Below are positions 12,474 through 25,858 of a DNA stretch of 63,849 bases, piece after piece. The stretch is from Heterodontus francisci (Eukaryota): positions 186,152 through 250,000 of the forward strand of contig NW_027142279.1 of NCBI RefSeq assembly GCF_036365525.1. The letters run 5' to 3'. The notes below the pieces were generated by a model. That model did no database searches, was not told the origin of the DNA, and saw only the letters and a list, made by a program, of their open reading frames with translations. Position numbers and translations under genes: made by a program. Numbering within the stretch: the stretch's first letter is position 1; each line of letters starts with the position of its first letter.

Positions 12474-12500
12474 TCAGTCAAACCTTTTGCTGTAAGACGT
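12474..12500 (-). CDS. TRBC: TCR beta constant exon 4 (cytoplasmic tail) TSYSKRFD*
   Basis: tatcatataccag|ACG TCT TAC AGC AAA AGG TTT GAC TGA; phase 0 matches exon 3. Confidence 0.9.
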   Translation of the reverse strand, partial: TSYSKRFD

Positions 12501-12539
12501 CTGGTATATGATAAAAAAAAGAGGGCGTTATTATCGTCA

Positions 12540-13080
12540 TGGAATTATGGACTGATACAGAACAGAAGGAGGCCATTCGTCCCGCGTGCCTATACTGGCA
12601 TTTTGAAAGAGCTGTCCATTTAGTCCCATTTCACAGTTCTTTCCCCTATAGCCCTGAGACTATTCCCTCCCCCACTACCTCAACCCCCTCAAACAAGTAT
12701 TCATCCAATTCCCTCTTGAAAGTTACTACTGAATCAGCTTCCACCGCCCTTTCAGCCAGTGCATTCTCAACCACAACAACTCGCTGGCTCAAAATATATT
12801 TCTCACCTGCCCCTCTGCTCCCTTGGCTAATCACCTTACAGCTGTGTCCTTGGTTGGGCAATCCTGCTGCCTCTTTGAAGCTGTTACCCCATTCGTTGTC
12901 CTATCCAAACCCTTCATCATTGTGCACACCTCTATTAAATCTCTCCTTAACCTTCCCTGATCCAAGGAGAACAATCCCAACGTCCGTATTCTCCTCACAT
13001 CACTGAGGTCCCTCAACCCTGATACCGTTCAAGTAAATCGCCCCTTCACCCTCTCCAATGACTCGACATCAGTGTCCTGA
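12540..13080 (-). mobile_element. CR1/HER LINE 3' fragment
   Basis: LGLFSLDQGRLRRDLIEV and FKRELDEYL motifs. Confidence 0.8.
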
Positions 13081-13445
13081 CCAGATCATCATGTGCATGA
13101 ATAATCGAGACGAACCATGCACATGCTCTTTCCTGCTCATGCATTCCTAACCTTGCATATAAAGTCTTGTAAAATCACAATAAGTTCAATTATTTTCCAA
13201 GGGAAATTCCAGAACATTGACAATTGTATTCAACTGGATTAAATTGGTTGGTTAGTGTTGTGGGCGCAGGAATGAATGGAAAGTGAATTGGTGTATTCCA
13301 TCTGCGTGCAACAGGAATGCAAAACGTGGGCTCGTGAATATCGGATAGTCACTCGTAATTTCAGTCTGGAATTCAGGAGAAACTTCTTTACCCAGTTTCA
13401 CCATTACAATACCTATGTTAAGAACTTCAGTAACTTTAATCTTAC

Positions 13446-13552
13446 CTTAGTTTTCCAAGCAATTGTTGAGATGAAAATTGCATAAAAGATGCTTTTGCAG
13501 ATGAGGATCAGGTATGTCAGTTTTGCTGTTGCCATGCTTTGGATTTTCGCCT
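13446..13552 (-). CDS. TRBC: TCR beta constant exon 3 (transmembrane) EAKIQSMATAKLTYLILICKSIFYAIFISTIAWKTK
   Basis: ttttacag| and AAG|gtaag splice sites; conserved Y..L..K...Y TCR-beta TM motif. Confidence 0.95.
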
Positions 13553-14354
13553 CTGTAAAATAAATGTAACAGAAAATGTTGCAATCTCTGTTCTCTCAAG
13601 GCAAGAAATGCTACTGCGTGAAAATGTAATGTGTGTCAGTGAAGGAGCCCAATGTAAGGGTCGAGCTGCGAAAGCAGAACTGATCTCCCTTTGACGCAAG
13701 GAGCCCTGGGGTATTCCTTACTACAAATGGAGTTCAGCAATATGGCCGATCTGAATTGGGGCCGCTGTAACTTATGTGTCAGCTATGGCTCACGTATGTA
13801 TCAGCTCGAGCTGAGTGGGTAACGCTCTCCTGTCTGAGTCGTACGATTGTGGGTTCAAGACCCAGTCCAAAGACATGAACCCCATAATCCAGACTGACTC
13901 TCCCAGTGCCAGTAGACAGCGTGTGTGCTGCACTGCAACTTTGGAGGAACCTTCTTTGAGATGATGTGTTAAACTAATTTAACCTCTGGGAAGTGGAACT
14001 GTCCCTTTTATCTCCACGCCAGATTCACACTATGAACTCCCAAGGAATTGTACGTTTTAAGACAAGTGTACACAGCTCCCTCCCCTCCCATCCCCAGGCG
14101 TCCCCTCTCCCTCATCACAGGGCAACATATTTCCCTGAGGTCGTGAACCCAAGAGGACCGTGAGGTTATATCATTCGACTCGGCTGGTCTCGAAATTCCA
14201 ACGGCCTTTCCCTCCCAGAGGAGTTTTCTCATAAACTCGTTGTGCATGATAGTATGTATAACTGTAAAACTACAGCTTGGAAATGTTGAAATGAGAATAT
14301 ACATGAAGTGTCTGACACAGTAATAATTCCAGAATTATTGGTGAATATTTTTTG

Positions 14355-14900
14355 AGTCATGGAGTCATTACAGCACAGAAAGAGGTCATTCGGCCCATCG
14401 AGTCCATGCAGGATCTCTACAGAGCAATCCAATCAGTCCAGCTCTCCAATTCCATCTCCATTGCCCTGCAAGTTAATTACCCTCAACAGTACGTCCAGTT
14501 TCCTTATGAAATCATTCATTATCTCCATTTCCACCACCCTCGTAGACAGTGACTTCCAGGTCATTACCACTCGCTGCATAAAACACTTCTGCCTTACATC
14601 CCCCCCCGCCCCCCCCCCCAGTGCATCTTTTTCCCAAAGCCTGAAAACTGTGACCCCCCCCCAATCCTTATGCCAGCAACTCATGGGGACAACTTTTCTT
14701 TGTCTACCTATTGTCAACCTGTCATAATCTTGTACAACTCTGTCAAATAGCCCCTCAATCTCCTGTTCTCCAAGGAGAACAACCCAGGTTCTCCAATGTA
14801 ACTTTGTAGCTAAAATTCCTCATCTCTGGAACCATTGTGGTAAATCTCCTCTGCACCCTCTCAAGGACCTTCACCTCCTTTACAAAGTGTGGAGACCAGA
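14355..14900 (-). mobile_element. CR1/HER LINE 3' fragment
   Basis: WSPHF..LERVQRRFT and QRVVMTWKSL motifs. Confidence 0.8.
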
Positions 14901-14927
14901 TACAGATAGAAGCAGATAGATATTCAC

Positions 14928-14948
14928 CTTTACTTATACCGCACATTT
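14928..14948 (-). CDS. TRBC: TCR beta constant exon 2 (connecting peptide) EMCGISK
   Basis: ttcttttcccag|AA ATG TGC GGT ATA AGT AAA G|gtgaat; 21 nt with the interchain Cys. Confidence 0.9.
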
Positions 14949-15267
14949 CTGGGAAAAGAAAGAGAAATCAATAAACATTCAGCATCAGAATATTTTATGA
15001 AATCACTGTGTAAATGTAGATTATCACAATTGAGTCCCGCACTGTAGTCTAATATATTGAGAGTCATTTTAATTGAGTGTTTAACCATATCTTCCCCTTT
15101 ACACGACAATATTGTTCTATTTCATGAATTATTTATTTATTTATTGACTTACTGATACATCTACTTGCTTATTCGTACTTTCATAAGAGCACAGGTGCTA
15201 TATAAATGCAACTTTTGATTTCTTTGAAGCTGAAATAAAATGGTATTGGTCTCACTAGTGTGCCTAC

Positions 15268-15618
15268 CTGCTTTGACAGCTAATGTTGAACTGCTTGTTG
15301 TCGGCACTGATTCGTTAGTGTAGAGATCTACTCTGCACTCAACGTTCTTGGACCGAGCCCAATCTAGGGCGTCGAATCTCAGCCGGCTGCTAATGCTGTA
15401 AGATGTATTTTCTTTTGATAGGATGGCATTGAGATCAGTGTGAATGTTCGTGTCATTGGCATCTTTCTCCTTGCCATCGACAAGCCAGTGGATCTTGATG
15501 TTGTCGGGGTAGAAGTCGCTGACGAGGCAGACCACAGTGGCTTTTTTCTTTTCTCTAATCTCTTCGGGAGAGGGCTCAAAGACAGTAACTTTGGCAGGCC
15601 TAATCGTATCGTTTTCGC
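15268..15618 (-). CDS. TRBC: TCR beta constant exon 1 (Ig C1 domain) GENDTIRPAKVTVFEPSPEEIREKKKATVVCLVSDFYPD...VECRV...AVKA
   Basis: TCR-beta signature VFEPS.EEI..K.KATxVCL..FYPD; canonical C/W/C; cctgcag| and G|gtagg, phase 1-1. Confidence 0.97.
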
Positions 15619-15999
15619 CTGCAGGAAAAGTAAATGAAGACAATATGGATGAGTATGAAACCCGTCTTGAGAATTTTAAACCACCAAACAATATCAACCT
15701 TTCAATTCTAGCCAGAGCAGTTAATTTTGTGCCAACTCCAGAATAAACCTCTCTGTTTCCCAAACACCGATCAGTCATAAAACGTAGAATCAGTTTGCAA
15801 CCTCGACCTGCTTTTGTACATTTTAACCCAAAGTGGCAGAAACTGATCATCTGAACCTCTTCGTCATTGAGTGAAGTACAAGTCTGTCTCATTATGAAAG
15901 AGTTTCTCCTGTCTATCTGAAAAGTGTTACCCTGAACTCTGGGCCAGCCTGTTCTCAATAACCAGGCTATCACTCACCATGTCCCATTATCTAGAGCCC

Positions 16000-16590
16000 T
16001 TTCCTATCAGGGAAGTTATGGGGAACATTTCTAAAGCTCTGGTTCGGAAACAACTAGAGTTTTGCAGCCACTTCTGATTACCACATTTGAGGAAGGTTGT
16101 GAGTGTCCTTGAGAGGGTACAGAGGATATTTAACAGAATGGTTCCAGGGATGAAGGATTTTAGCTACAAGGTTAGGTTGGAGAAGCTGGGATTGTTCTGC
16201 TTGGAGCAAAGGAGATTGAGGGGAGATTTGATAGAAGTGTCCAAGATTATGACGGATTTGGATAAGGTAGACAAAGAAATGCGTCACCTATTAGTTGTTG
16301 GTACAAGGACCAGAAGAGACGGATTTCTGGTGCTGTGCAAAAGATGCAGGGGGATGTGAGGAGGGACACTTTTATGCCACGTGTGGTAATGACCTGGAAC
16401 TCGCTGCCTACAAGGGTGGTGGAAGCGGAGACAATGAATGATTTCAGAAGGAAATTGGATGGACACTTGAGGCAAATTAACTTGCAGGGCCACAGGGATA
16501 GAGCGAGGGAGTGGGACTGATTGGATTGCCAGACAGAGAGCTGGCATGGACTCGATGGGCTGAATGGCCCCCCTCTGTGCTGTATTATGA
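16000..16590 (+). mobile_element. CR1/HER LINE 3' fragment
   Basis: LERVQR..RLEKLGLF.LEQRRLRGDLIEV. Confidence 0.85.
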
Positions 16591-17978
16591 TTCTAATCCT
16601 ACTCTTGTCTCTTCCCCCAAATGTAATATTTAATAATTAGTGCTACCGTAAACTCACACATGAAAGGAGGGGACCATTCGGCCTGTTGTGTGAATTCCAG
16701 CTCTTTGGTAGAACTAGCCAATTAATCCTACTCCCCACCCTGTTCTTCTCACATAACCCAGTAAACTATGTACCTTCAAACTCTCTCTATTTCCCTTTTG
16801 AAAGCTACTTTTGAAGTGAAGCTACTATTGAATCTGCTTTCAGCACCATGTCAGGCATTACATTCCAAATCACAACAAATCGCTGTTTAAACAAAATATT
16901 TCCTCATCCCCCCTTTTTTTTTGCCAACGACCTTAAATCTGTGTCCTTCTGGTTACCGAACCTCCTACCACTGGAAAAAAAGGTTTCTCCCTTTTAACTC
17001 TATCGAAAGCCTTCCTGAGTTTCAGCACCTCGATTAAAATTTTCCCTGTACCTTCTCTGCTCTAAGGAGAACAATCCCAGCTTCTACAATCCCTTCACGA
17101 TTTCTGAATTTCCTTAACTCTGGAACCATTCCAGTCAATCTACTCTGCATTCTCTCTGGGGACTTAACCTGTTTTCCAAAGGGTGGCACCAAAATGGAAC
17201 ACAATGCTGCTACTGAGGCCTAAACAGTGTTTTATAAATGTTCATGATAACAGCTTTGCTTTTGCCCTCTGTGCCTCTGTTTACAGAGCCAAAAGGATTC
17301 AGTGTGCCTTTTGATAGCCTTTTGAACCTGCCCTGCCAACTTCATAGATTTATGAACATACATCCCCCTGGTTTCTCTGTTCCTGCACCCAATTTAAAAT
17401 TGTACCGTTTGAGAAACAATGTATTGGCTCAAAGAAAATAAGGGGAGTGTGTCCGAGCCAATATTTATCCCTCATTCAACACTTCACATCCACCATTTCC
17501 GGTTATCTGGTCATTTAGTGCAATGATGCTTGTGGGATCTTGCTGTGCGCATTTTGGCTGAAATCTTTCCCTACATTACAACAGTGACTACACTCCACAG
17601 TCAGTTCTTCAACTCTCAAGCTCTATGAGCGTAATATTGCGAAAGAAATACCTGAACAGGTTTGGGTTTACAGTCAAGACTCTGTGAGAATTCCATGAAT
17701 ATTAAAATGATAAAATCATTAACACAATGACTGATGCCTAATCTTGTTATATTTCTGTTCTGAATATTGAACCATTGGAGATTTCAGGAGACGTCTCTTC
17801 ACCCAGAGAATAGTGACAATGTGGAATTCGCTTTTTCTTTTGACTCGGAGGTAAGAGTGTTACCATTGTGTAACTTCACTGAAATACTTAAACCCAAGCA
17901 GCATTTTGAGAACTGGTCTCTTTCTCAACCAGTTGAGCTGCAATTGACAGATGCAGTTTGACAATGGTGCGTCTTTAC

Positions 17979-18030
17979 CTAGAACTAGTTAGTTTGGTAC
18001 CTTTGCTGCAATACAAGAAAATGCCTTGCG
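17979..18030 (-). pseudogene. TRBJ: Relic TRBJ (..LYCSKGTKLT/VL; frameshift, broken RSS)
   Basis: GGTACCAAACTAACT-A-GTTCTAG|gt; FG lost; heptamer-like cacgttg at 18031. Confidence 0.55.
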
Positions 18031-18971
18031 CACGTTGCTGTCCAAAATCTACCTGTTTCCAAAGGGGCTGAACACAAGTTTAATTTTGGTCTTAACAATT
18101 GTACTTTTATTGGGACTTCCTCCCTCTGGGATTCGCCACGCTGTTGTTTGTCTTCAATTAATTTTCCCTTTATATTTTGTCTGCTTTTCCTGGTTACTTG
18201 CGAATGTGTCTTTATTTTAAGAATAAGTTTACTGAAACAACATTGATCTCCCCTTCGCCTTCTCTGCTCTAAGGAGAACAATCCCAGCTTCTCCCATTTC
18301 TAAACACAAGTGAAACCTCCCCATGTCTGGTACCATTCTAGTAAACATCTTCTGCACCCTCTCTATGGCCTTGACATCCTTCCTAAAGTGTGTTAGCCAC
18401 GAATTGGTCACAATACTCAAGGCGAGGCCTACCTGGTGATTAATAACAACAACAAAATTGCATTTAACTAGCACCGTTGATGCAGTGAAAAATCACGCCA
18501 TCAGAGCAACTCAGACAGCAACTTGATACCGAGTTATCGAAGTAGATATTAGGGACAGGTGACCTGTCAAAGAAGTAGGTTCTAAGATGCTTCTTAAAGA
18601 AGGAGAGAGGGAGAGAAGCAGAGGTGTTTAAGGAGGGAATTCCAGGGTTTAGGGCTCAGGCAGCTGAAGGCACAGCCGCCAATGGTGGGTTCGAGGGAGG
18701 GGAGGATGCACAAGAGGCCAGAATTGGAGGAGCACAGAGAAATCATCATGGTTTCTTTTAGGTCCAGAGGAAGTTACAGAAATAAGGAGCCACCGCCTCA
18801 CTGACAGAACTATGCACGAATCCCGCGTAAATGTCCCCTACACGTGAAATGAATCCTCGTGTTCATCTGCTAAAATCCCTCCCCACAATTAGAGAACTGC
18901 ATCCGTATAACAACAGCAGACCTTGGTCCATCCATCATTAACTGAGACCTCTTGTACTGTCAGCTACTCAC

Positions 18972-19022
18972 CCGAAACGCTTAGCTTCGTGCCCCCTCCA
19001 GAATACTGTTCATATCCTGAAG
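18972..19022 (-). CDS. TRBJ: TRBJ SGYEQYSGGGTKLSVS (non-canonical SGGG)
   Basis: 12-RSS caccatg-12-acgaaaact; donor gtgagt. Confidence 0.8.
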
Positions 19023-20039
19023 CACCATGCTGCAACCCTACACGAAAACTAACAAGAGTGTCTCTCCCCTCCAGATGGATGGAGTTGGTGCTGGGGATTT
19101 TACATCGAAATTCATTGTAATTGCAACAATCTAACCAAAGTTCTATATAAGTTTCATGTAACTTCTCTGCTTTGGAATGCTAGCTGATCCCCTGCAAAGG
19201 AAGCCCTGTGCTTTGTTTGCTGTTATTATTGGATATTAGTCAATATTAAAGATGCAGCCAAGTACGATGTCGTACTGCATCAGGGGATACCAATTAGAAT
19301 TAAGCCTTCAGGTTGCTCAATCTTCTGCGAACACCCAGAGCTTCTTGCTGTTTCACCATAACCCTACATTTGTTAGCCTTCAAGTATGCATCAAATGCAT
19401 TGTTTGAGCTATTTTCAGGCAGTGCATTCCACATCACAACAATTGGCTGTGTAAAAGCAAATACTCATCTCCCTCTTTGTTTCTTTTGCCAATCACAAAT
19501 CTGTTCTCTTTGCTTACCGACCCTTCTCCCAGCAGAAATGAGTTATTCTTATTTACTCTATTACAAAACATATGATTTTGGACATTTTGAATATGATATT
19601 AATTCCCACCTTAACCTTCTCTTCTCTGAGGAGAACAACCCCAGTTTCTCCAGTATCTCCACACAATTGAAGTCATTCATCCCTGGTACCACACTGGCAA
19701 ATCTTCTTTAACCTTCTCTGCTCCAAGGAGAACAATATTCAGCTTTTCCAGTCTCTCTACAAAGCTGAAATCCTTTCTCCCTGGTATCAATCCTCCCACC
19801 ACCACTTAATCTTCTCTGCTTTATCCTACTTGTTTTCAGAATACATCTTGCTGAAATATTGCGAAATAAATATAATAATTATTACGATAATTTGGTAATA
19901 AGTGGGGCAACGAGGGAAATCTGGGTAGCAGGGTCAGACATACAGCACTGTGCAGTTATGTACTGGAGTGCAATGCCATGGGTAAATATACAACTAACTT
20001 AATTGACGCACTCAAAACGTTACATTTTTTAAAACTTAC

Positions 20040-20091
20040 CCAACACTGTTAATTTGGAACCGGGGCCAAAATGAAAGTTAGTAGTTACATC
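20040..20091 (-). CDS. TRBJ: TRBJ DVTTNFHFGPGSKLTVL
   Basis: cacaatg-12-cagaaaact; FGxG; gtaagt. Confidence 0.92.
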
Positions 20092-20697
20092 CACAATGCT
20101 ACATTCCTATCAGAAAACTAGGATTGCCTAACAGTTCCCGTAGACTGACAATGCAGTAGCTTGTTCCCTATATTTATTTAGTATGCCAAGAAAGCAAGTA
20201 GTGAAATTGTTAAACTGTTTGGACATTGCCACGTACCTCTCACTTTGAATTCTGATTTGAAATAGTGTTTCATCATAAATGTAAGTCAATTCCTTATGCA
20301 CTCAATTTAGTTATTTTCTTGAAGGAAGACTAGGTGAGTTTGCCATTTAGTATCTAATCTTCTACAACCTTGACTAGATCTAGTCTTTGTTTATTACATT
20401 CAATCATTTTTGTTGGGTAAGTGTGTTAAAGGTTATGGGACCAAAGACGGTAGCTGGAGCTAAGATAAAACTCAGCCATGATTTAAGTGAATGGTGTAAG
20501 AGGCTCAAGGGATGAATGGTCCTTTGTGGCTTCTTGTGTTTGATTGGAGTCCTTTCAAAATCGTTGACTCGGGTTTGCATCTGTTATGAACTCGACAGTG
20601 GCCCTTCCTGAGTTCAGCCTTTAAGATAATCACTACTAGTTGAGCCTTGCCTCTCTGCTTTTACATTGGTGAAGATTAATCGCTCGGTTTTACATAC

Positions 20698-20753
20698 CCA
20701 GAACTGTTAATCTTGTCCCATCGCCAAAGCGGAGAGGTGTGCTGTTTCCAGAA
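20698..20753 (-). CDS. TRBJ: TRBJ SGNSTPLRFGDGTRLTVL
   Basis: cacagtg-12-attaaaact; gtatgt. Confidence 0.93.
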
Positions 20754-21310
20754 CACAGTGTTACAAAGCAGTATTAAAACTGCTGGGGACCAATGATTAC
20801 ACGATACTTCATCGAATGCTCTGACACCTTTGAACAATTATAATTCAACCAATAGCAATGTGTAGATTTGTCTGTCCTTTTCTCCACCATTCCATTTTAA
20901 AGCAGAGAAATTATGGTAAAATTTGCTTAGACGTTCTTGGAGCTCTGTGCACAGTTCTGGTCTCCATATCCCTCGGTTAGACCACACTTGGATCACTGTG
21001 CACAGTTCTCGTCTTCATACATATTTACCTATCAGGAAAGATTGAATAGCCATTATGATAGATAAGAGAAGGCTTAGAGGTGACCTGAAAGAGGCGTCTA
21101 AGATTATGAAAGGGTTGGGGGGTTCCAGAGGGTAGACACAGAGAAGTCTGGTAACGTTGTCTTTGCAAAATTGTGCATCTTGGGATACAAATTTACTCAA
21201 GTTTTCCAGTATGTGGCCAGGTTTGTGAGTTTTGGCAGAATTACGAAGCAATGAATGAACACTTAGAGCGAATAAAATTTGAATATTGAGATCTATTCTT
21301 GTTTACCTAC

Positions 21311-21359
21311 CTAGAACGTAATCCCAGAGCCAAAGTAAGAGATCGAGGTCCCAGCTGAA
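21311..21359 (-). pseudogene. TRBJ: TRBJ pseudogene SAGTSISYFGSG + frameshift
   Basis: cacaatg-12-tgtaaaact; about 7 nt missing after FGSG, giving ITF*. Confidence 0.85.
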
Positions 21360-22559
21360 CACAATGTCACAGGCCAGTTGTAAAACTACCAGGGCCCTCA
21401 GTTAGGCCTGAGCTGGAGTCTCGTGCCCAATTCAGGGCACCACACTTTTGGAAGGATGTCAAGGTCTTGGAGAGCGTGCAGAGAGAGATTTACTGGAATG
21501 GTCCTAGAAATGAGGGACTCAGTTATGTGGACAGACTGGAGAAGGTGGGATTGTTCTCCCAGAGAAGGTGAAGGAGAGATTTAATAGTTGATTTCAAAGC
21601 CATGAAGGGCTTTGTTAGAGTCAGTAGGGGGAGACTGATTCCACTGGCCGGAGATTTCACAACCAGAGAACATAGATTTAAGGCAATTGGCAAAAGATCC
21701 AGATGTTTATTGAGGGGGCCATTTCTTTACACAACGACTTGTTGTGATATGGAATGCATTACCTGAAAGTGTGATAGATACTGATTGCATATTGAACTTC
21801 AAAAAAGAATTGGATCATAGTTCAAAAAGGCGAAAATTGCAGGGCTGTATAGAAAGAAAAGGGGTGAGGGAGGCGAATTGGAGAACATTTCCCAACAGCC
21901 GACTCTAGTAAGATGGGCAGAGTGGTATTCTTGTGTCCAACATGCATATTTGTCTAATTATTTCCATCAACTGTTTTTTTTAGAAGTCTGTCCCATTATC
22001 AACAGTGAGCATTCATTCCAGAAGATCACTGCTTCAGGACGTTAATCATAACAAGCTGAACAAACTCTGTTTAAGAATGGGATTGAATTTTATACGGATG
22101 AAGGCAAAGCACAATCTTCTAAAACAAAATCGAAGTGGTCATTTTTATTAATTAGTGTGAGGTTAACAATTTTATGCGGCAACAGCTCAGAATTGTTGAC
22201 TTAATTTTGGCTGCAAGCCCATAAAGTATGGATTGACAAAAGTATTAGGGTCATGTCTTTACAGCCATGTCTATCCTGGATTCTACTCCACCCAATAACC
22301 CTCCTGAGAAAAGAGCCTGAGGAATGTCTCCCAATTCCAAAACAATTCAGCCAATCACAAGAAGGCATTTCCACCATAACATTCTACGTTAGACAACCCA
22401 ATGCACTTCTCTGTCGGTTTAATGTCACACAGCATTTTCTATATTTTTGAAAGGATAATAAGATTGTCGATGTGCTGGTTGATAATTCGAAAATTGGACA
22501 GTAATGGGAAACTGCAGAATATGATGATAGACTATCCCTTCTTCTTTCTTTTCTTTCTT

Positions 22560-23060
22560 TTGGGCCTACTTATCTCGAGAGACAATGGATACGCGCCTGG
22601 AGGTGGTCAGTGGTTTGTGAAGCAGCACCTGGAGTGGCTATAAAGGCCAATTCTGGAGTGACAGGCTCTTCCACAGGTGCTGCAGAGAAATTTGTTTGTC
22701 GGGGCTGTTGCACAGTTGGCTCTCCCCTTGCGCCTCTGTCTTTTTTCCTGCCAACTACTAAGTCTCTTCGACTCGCCACAATTTAGCCCTGTCTTTATGG
22801 CTGCCCGCCAGCTCTGGCGAACGCTGGCAACTGACTCCCACGACTTGTGATCAATGTCACACGATTTCATGTCGCGTTTGCAGACGTCATTATAGCGGAG
22901 ACATGGACAGCCAGTGGGTCTGATACCAGTGGCGAGCTCGCTGTACAATGTGTCTTTGGGGATCCTGCAATCTTCCATGCGGCTCACATGGCCAAGCCAT
23001 CTCAAGCGCCGCTGACTCAGTAGTGTGTATAAGCTGGGAGTGTTGGCCGCTTCAAGGACT
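22560..23060 (-). mobile_element. RTE-clade LINE 3' end
   Basis: RWLGHVSRMED.RIPK..LYSEL..G.RPTG and C-terminal C2H2-like CSTCGRACHSRIGLYSH. Confidence 0.85.
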
Positions 23061-23094
23061 AGTTAGACAAACAAAGTCTTTAACATTTACATAC

Positions 23095-23150
23095 CCAAAA
23101 CTGTGAGCTTGGTCCCTTGGCCAAAATATAATGGTTCGGTCTTTCCATAA
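23095..23150 (-). CDS. TRBJ: TRBJ YGKTEPLYFGQGTKLTVL
   Basis: cacagtg-12-tacaaaact; gtatgt. Confidence 0.93.
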
Positions 23151-23820
23151 CACAGTGTTACACTCCCATTACAAAACTATTACCCTCCAGACAACCTATT
23201 GCACCAGGAGGCGGCCATTCAGCCCCTCTATCCTGCTCCTCTATTCAAAGGCTGATCTGTACCTCACTTCATTTACCATTCTGATCTCGATATCCCTCGA
23301 TAACCTCCCCAAACAAAGTTATTTCCATCTCAATTTTGTCAGGTCTAATCGCCCTCCAGGATTCACAGCTTTTTGTTGAAGAGGGAGTTCCAGAGATCTT
23401 TTACAATCAATTATTATCATGTACTTTTACTACGGATTCCTCTGCGAGAGGTGAAATCAGAGGGTTTTCCATCAAAATATCTGATGTTCGACATCCCAGT
23501 ACGGCTTTAGTTTCACATAAAAAGCTACAATGAGATTCTTAATATTCCCATTGATAACTAGAATAATGGAGAGTTGTGGGCAATCACAGAATATAACAAT
23601 AGACCAACAAATGGCTTTATCAAGTTTGACTATCCCAGTGGATAGTATATGGAACAATTTAACAATAGTGTTACTCTAAAAGAGAAGCAAATTAATCTCT
23701 TTTAAAGGCAGGCTGGAGATTGGGTCAAATCATTAACTAAACCCTCGCCACTCCCCATTGGAGGCAACCGAATAGCAATTAAACTGTAAAATGAATACAA
23801 TGCTGAAACCGTTCACCTAC

Positions 23821-23873
23821 CGAAAACTACTATCTTGGTCCCATCGCCAAAAGTATAATGGTAGTTATTTGAG
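23821..23873 (-). CDS. TRBJ: TRBJ SNNYHYTFGDGTKIVVF
   Basis: cacagtg-12-tttaaaact; gtaggt. Confidence 0.92.
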
Positions 23874-24344
23874 CACAGTGATGCCTGTCAGTTTTAAAAC
23901 TCCCATCTAGTTAGAAATGCTAAAATGCACCGTCTTCGAAATGATGTACTCAAATTGTAGATTTACATACTATTAATGTGTGATGTAAAGACAGCGGCAA
24001 TGCACCCTAGATATTGGACAGGAGAACAAAAGGTTAGTTATAGGGCCTGGTGGAGGTTACAGAGACAGCGAGATTTGTCGGGATTGGAGGATGTTACAGG
24101 GATAAGGAGAGTTATAGAGGCTGGAGGCGGTTACAGGGATAGGGAGACAGCGAGGCCTTGGGGTGAGCTGAAAACAAAGGTGAAAGATGTTTAAACCAAG
24201 ATATTGCAGGTTCTGCTGCCAATATAAATCGGCGAGGTGATCCTGTGACCGAGAACATGATGTATTTTAGAGCATCTAATTTCGTCTGAGAATCTCAAGG
24301 ATCCTCATTGACGAAAACAACAAAAGCTTCAGTTCTGTGCTCAC

Positions 24345-24397
24345 CTAAAACAATCAATTTTGTCCCGTCACCGAAGTAATACAGAGTATTTCCTGTA
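24345..24397 (-). CDS. TRBJ: TRBJ TGNTLYYFGDGTKLIVL
   Basis: cacaatg-12-agtataact; gtgagc. Confidence 0.92.
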
Positions 24398-25443
24398 CAC
24401 AATGTTACATGACAATAGTATAACTACAGGTCGAAGAGCAATGAAGCTGGTGCACTGATGCAAAACTTCACACACAATGCACTGGCGATTTGACTCTTTA
24501 TGTCAAGGACATTATAATGTTAATTAGAAAATCATTGTGAGGAATAGAAAGGGAAGTTCGTTACTCAGATAGTGGTAATAATGTGGAATGCACTACCACA
24601 GGGAATGGGTTGAGGTGAATTGTGGAGATGCTTTCAAGGTGTAAGTTGGAAAAAGACATGGGAGAGAAAGGAATAGAAGATTAGATGAAGTAAGGGTGAG
24701 AGGAGGCTCGTGTGCAGTTTCACCACTGGCTTGCTTACGCACATTCTATATAATTAAATGTAATTATGATGTTTTATTTCACTCATTCTGGGGGAAGAAC
24801 GATGACAGCATTTTTTGGAAACAAATAATCTGCCCTCTGAGAAAACGGTTCACAAATCTGCAACTCCCTCCCTGACAGGACTGCAGAAAGACCTACACCC
24901 CATTGAGTGCAGGGGCAATGGTTGCAAAGTGATAATGTTACTGTGCTAGTAATGTTCTAGTTCAAATCCCGAGGGTAGCTAGAGGAATTCAACTTCAACT
25001 GATAAATGAAAGTTTGGTTTAACTGCATGAAACTATCGTCAATTGTCAGAAAACCCCGCCTGTTGTCATATAAGTGACTTCAGACTTCAGTTGACTCTCA
25101 ACTGCCTTCTGAAACAGCAAACCACCCAGTCCAAGAGCAATTAGGGTTGGCCAACAAATCTTGGCCTTGCCAGCGACGCCCATATCTGATGAAAAAAAAT
25201 GAGCTAGCAAACCACTCAGAGGGCAATTCGGGATGGGCAATAAATTCTGGTCCACATTCCACGTATTAAAAAAAATCTTTCCCTGTGCATCTTAGTATTT
25301 TCCATGTATTCTGGCTTTTATGCACATTGGAAATGTTGCCTGAAATTTTTTTGTTACTTGTCAATGCAACATTTCAGTTGCAAACTGAAACTCAGAAACA
25401 GCGTGAGTGACAATCATTTTTTTTCAAAGAACGTCCAACTCAC

Positions 25444-25496
25444 CCAACACAGTCAGTTTAGTCCCGTCGCCAAAGAAATACTCGTAGCTTCCAGAA
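25444..25496 (-). CDS. TRBJ: TRBJ SGSYEYFFGDGTKLTVL
   Basis: cacagtg-12-tactaaact; gtgagt. Confidence 0.93.
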
Positions 25497-25808
25497 CACA
25501 GTGTTTCAGCCCTGTTACTAAACTATACTGGTCCCTGAAAGGTTGCCGAATATTTGAGTGAATAATACAGCTCTTGTTTGTTTGTCCAAAGTAAGCTAAA
25601 TGGGAGAAATTTTCCCTTCTTTAAACACGAAGACAGTTCAAGAATCAGTCTTTCTCCCCCTCTCACTCTCTGTCCCTGTTTGGGCGCGACCATATTTTAA
25701 ATGCATTGGAAAAATGTCTTTCACCAATGAACCCGGAGCCTTAAACCTCTTTCCGACCATTTCAGACAACGTGCATTCTCAGAGTTGGTCTAACATTCCT
25801 GGACTCAC

Positions 25809-25858
25809 CTGTCACAAGTAACTTGGTACCGCCTCCGAAGTAATATTGATAGCCAGAA
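25809..25858 (-). CDS. TRBJ: TRBJ SGYQYYFGGGTKLLVT
   Basis: cacagtg-12-aacaaaacc; gtgagt. Confidence 0.93.

Noticed and set aside
15161-15973. 270-aa ORF as a single protein
   Set aside because: Only 15268-15618 is the C exon; the flanks are intron read-through
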